Assembly: GCA_965238005.1 (NCBI GenBank)
Contig: OZ250165.1
Coordinates: 3,424,001-3,488,000, forward strand
Direction of reading: 5' to 3'
Source of the DNA: Longimicrobiales bacterium
GTDB lineage: Bacteria; Gemmatimonadota; Gemmatimonadetes; Longimicrobiales; Gaopeijiaceae
Length of the DNA stretch: 64,000 nt
Part shown: piece by piece, positions 61,060-64,000 of the stretch
Numbering within the stretch: the first letter of the stretch is position 1
Layout of the letters: each line of letters opens with the position of its first letter
Made by a program: the position numbers and the translations under genes
The notes under the pieces: generated by a model
Database searches by the model: none
What the model saw: the letters and a program-made list of their open reading frames with translations, nothing else
Told to the model about the DNA's origin: nothing

Positions 61060-62266
61060 CGAGCCTTCACGCCCGAGGACGCCCTCGACGTGCGCACGGC
61101 TCGGATTCAGGACGTCTCCGACGACGGGGCGTGGATCGCGGCCACCGTTCAGCGTCACCGGGACCGCCTCAACGTGGACCACGAGCGCTTCGGAGACCCC
61201 ACATATGTATCGCCGTCCCTGAACGAGGTGTTGGTCGTGAGCACGCGCACGGGCGAGGAGCTCTCCCTCTTCGACAGCCCGGTGGTCGAGCTGGAACGTC
61301 TCCGAGGACGGAAGCACCATCGTGTTCGCCCGGTCGGACGGCGACCGGCCGGACGAGCTCTGGGTCGCCGACCGATCGATGGCCAACCCGCGCCAGCTCA
61401 CCGATCTGAACCCAAAGCTGGACGGCGTACAGCTCACGCGGAGTGAACTCGTCAAGTACCTGGACGTGGACGGCGAGAAGCTCTACGGCATCCTCTACTA
61501 CCCCATCGACTACGAGCCCGGGAAGAAGTACCCCCTCGTGGCCGAGATCTACGAGACCTTCTTCGACAACGGCTATAACACCAACATGAATTTGTTGGCG
61601 AGTCGGGGATGGTTCGGCTTCCGCCCGCCCGTCGATCTCGAGATCGGCTACCCCGGCGAAGCGTGGCTCAAGGGCGTGACCACCGCCATCAACAAGGTCA
61701 TCGACCGGGGGCTGGTGGACGAGGATAAGCTGGGGGTCCACGGAACCAGCTACGGAGGGTACGCTACCAACCTCCTCATCACCCAGACCGACCGTTTCGC
61801 CGCCGCGGTGAACATCTCCGGGAAGGTGAACATCATCAGCCTCCTGGGAGACAGCGAGAAGATCACGACCCGTAACTACAACGCTGCCGGGGAAGGTCAG
61901 GACCGCCTCGGCGCCACGCTCTGGGAGCAGCCCCAGAAGTATGTGGAGCACTCGGCCATCATGTTCGCCGATCGCATCAACACGCCCCTGCTCATGCTCT
62001 CGGGAGAGGGTGACTGGAACGTGCCCGCCACCAATCAGCGCGAGATGTACTACGCGCTACGAAGGCTGGGTAAGAAGGTGACGTGGGTGAACTACATGCG
62101 GGCCGGCCACGGAGCCGGGCGGGCCGGCACCGTGGAGGACTTCCTCGACCACTGGAACCGCATGTTCGAGTGGTACGGCACCTACTTCGAGGAGGAAGAC
62201 GAAGGGAAGGCCACGAGGGATCCGCCCCAGGTCCGCCCGTACGAAAACCGTTGGCCCTCCCATTAG
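61060..62266 (+). pseudogene. S9 prolyl oligopeptidase family; most of beta-propeller deleted, catalytic domain intact
   Basis: GTSYGG, GEGDWNV, AGH triad motifs; short out-of-frame N-terminal piece. Confidence 0.75.
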
Positions 62267-62334
62267 TTGGGCGGTATCGTGTGTAGGGCATGCAGTAGCC
62301 TGAGTCGAAGTCGTCACGCCATTCTCCCTGGGAG

Positions 62335-62529
62335 ATGCAAATGTCGGGTGCCGCGAAGCTGTTCGTCCTCCTCGCCTTCCTCGCCTTCCTCCTGGCCATC
62401 GTAGCCAGCTTCTGGATGGGTGCCATCATGGGCATCGGTGCTGAGGCGTATTCCCGAGCCTGTACCAACCTCGCGCTCATCGCCATCGCCATCGTCATGG
62501 TCTTCGAGGAAGAGGGGTCGGCCGGCTAG
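62335..62529 (+). CDS. Small 2-TM protein
   Basis: Two hydrophobic helices, RBS GGAG. Confidence 0.6.
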   Translation: MQMSGAAKLFVLLAFLAFLLAIVASFWMGAIMGIGAEAYSRACTNLALIAIAIVMVFEEEGSAG

Positions 62530-62548
62530 AACCGGCGCAGATCACACT

Positions 62549-62576
62549 CCGGCCGAGCCCGGCGGGCTCGGCCGGG
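62549..62576. terminator. GC hairpin between convergent genes
   Basis: CCGGCCGAGCCC-ggc-GGGCTCGGCCGG. Confidence 0.55.
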
Positions 62577-62651
62577 CATTTCGAGCCCGCAGCAAGCGGC
62601 CTGGCCCTCCGGGGTTCGGAGTCCGCGTCCAGAGCCCGTGTGGTGGCTTCT

Positions 62652-63506
62652 TCAAAGGCCCAGGACGTTGGTCCGGATCTTCGTGAGTCCCTGCTCCCTG
62701 GCCCACAGATCCAACTCCACGGTGGCCACCTCGTCGACGAGAGGGACGGCCGCACCCTGCTGCCGCTGGTCCACGGACTTCAGGTATCGCCGACAGGTCC
62801 GGCACTCGTCGATCCGGACGTGGGCGACCGACTCCGCCGTGTGCACGGGAAGACGGTCGGCGTTGGTCTCGCCGCACCCTGGGCAAGTGAGTCGCGGAAA
62901 GCGCCACTCGGTGGCACAGGTGGAGCAGACGAGGGTCCGGCGACCGACGGCGTCGGGGAGATCTCGGAGAACGGCTACCTGCGGCTGTCCGCCACAGGTC
63001 ATGCAGCGTCTTCCGCCTTGCTCCAGCTGTGTGGGCGGGCCATCCGAAGCCAGAGACGTGATCACGGGCTCGAGGAAGGCCCGGGCGTGGAATTCGGTGG
63101 GGTCGGGCTCGGTCTCGGCGGTCTCGCTCCGTGCCGCACCGAGGGCTGCCCGGAGCATCGTGGAGCGGTGCGCCCCGTCGGTGTCCAGAAGGGCTCGGGC
63201 GCCCTCCGTGATCACCTCGGTCCCGACGTCGGCGATCCTCGCCAGGAAGTCCTCGAACCGGGGGACGAGCTCGTCGACGGGGAGCTGATCGACGAGGAGG
63301 AGGGGGGAGGTGCCTGCGGTGCTCCGCACCAGAGGTAACCAATGCTCCACGGGCACGCGCTCCGCCACCCGCTCCTGGATCTCGATGAGCCCCACGTAGA
63401 ATCCGAGGAGCTCTTCGGCATGTGGGGCCTTGTCGAGGAGGTGGACCGCCCTGGCCCGCCGGAGCGTCCACGGGCTCACGGTGGAAGCGGAGCCGATGGC
63501 CGTCAA
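62652..63506 (-). CDS. fdhE: Formate dehydrogenase accessory protein FdhE
   Basis: CMTCG, CSTCATEW, CPGCG, CRTCRRYLK, DEVATVELDL. Confidence 0.92.
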   Translation of the reverse strand: MTAIGSASTVSPWTLRRARAVHLLDKAPHAEELLGFYVGLIEIQERVAERVPVEHWLPLVRSTAGTSPLLLVDQLPVDELVPRFEDFLARIADVGTEVITEGARALLDTDGAHRSTMLRAALGAARSETAETEPDPTEFHARAFLEPVITSLASDGPPTQLEQGGRRCMTCGGQPQVAVLRDLPDAVGRRTLVCSTCATEWRFPRLTCPGCGETNADRLPVHTAESVAHVRIDECRTCRRYLKSVDQRQQGAAVPLVDEVATVELDLWAREQGLTKIRTNVLGL

Positions 63507-64000
63507 GACCCGGACTGCTCCTTCTGCCAGAGAGGGTGGTGTAGCTTGGCCCATGCGTGGGTCACCGACCCGTGGAGCATGGACCCGAGCGTTCCCGGGT
63601 AGGCCACCGTTCCGAGGTAGACGTGAACGATGAGGAGCAGCCCCCCGGCCACGGTGGTCAGGTAGTGGAGGACGCGCATCCCGTTGACCACGCCTCCGTA
63701 GAAGGGGCCGAGGCCCAGCGCGCCTCCGGGCAACCAGAGAGGGACTCCGGACACCAGATAGGAGACCCCCAGCAGCCCCATGGCCCAGAAGAAGAGCTTC
63801 TGGCCGGCGTTGTACTTGCCGGCAGGGGGGACGTTGTCCTTGTCGTGGACGGCGTAGTGGCGGATCGCCTTGAGCCACTCCCGGTCGCCGGAGTCGATCC
63901 GCATGTCGCGGGCCCAAACGAGGACCATGGCCGCGAGCGACCCGGAGAAGATGACGCCCATCCAGGGGTGGAGGATGCGAGCCGTCGGGCCGCCGCCCAC
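63503..64000 (-). CDS. fdnI: Formate dehydrogenase gamma subunit (cytochrome b556), 5' truncated
   Basis: RILHPW, GKYNAGQKLFFW, VHVYL, WAKLHHPLW. Confidence 0.92.
   Translation of the reverse strand: MGGGPTARILHPWMGVIFSGSLAAMVLVWARDMRIDSGDREWLKAIRHYAVHDKDNVPPAGKYNAGQKLFFWAMGLLGVSYLVSGVPLWLPGGALGLGPFYGGVVNGMRVLHYLTTVAGGLLLIVHVYLGTVAYPGTLGSMLHGSVTHAWAKLHHPLWQKEQSGS

Noticed and set aside
1..64000. tRNA, rRNA, reverse transcriptase systems (retron, DGR, group II intron), prophage
   Set aside because: No supporting motifs seen by eye; tRNAscan-SE, Infernal and HMM searches would be needed to exclude them.

Overview
GC-rich bacterial chromosome segment. Gene content suggests a Gemmatimonadota/Acidobacteriota-like organism, which is an inference only. 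The flanks carry metabolic genes: a 2-oxoacid dehydrogenase E1-beta end, ndh, moeB, aldehyde dehydrogenase, ychF, leuABCD converging on a partly deleted ilvBNC-ilvE-ilvD operon (each operon with a leader-peptide attenuator), and fdhE/fdnI. The centre (17.7-42 kb) is an integron whose integrase (17687-18667) lies upstream of and co-directional with its array, with about a dozen attC sites or remnants that decay distally. Most attC sites are interrupted: by three or four IS110/IS1111-type elements (all antisense to the array, entering at three different attC positions), an IS1182 and a CTAG-flanked MITE. An IS256 is nested in one IS110 relic. Two of the IS110 elements have long non-coding ends holding short segments that match both strands of their attC target and their own end junction, i.e. 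readable bridge/seekRNA guides. Many genes across the window are collapsed to N- plus C-terminal stubs. No CRISPR array, rRNA or tRNA was seen. All calls are by eye; no database searches were run.
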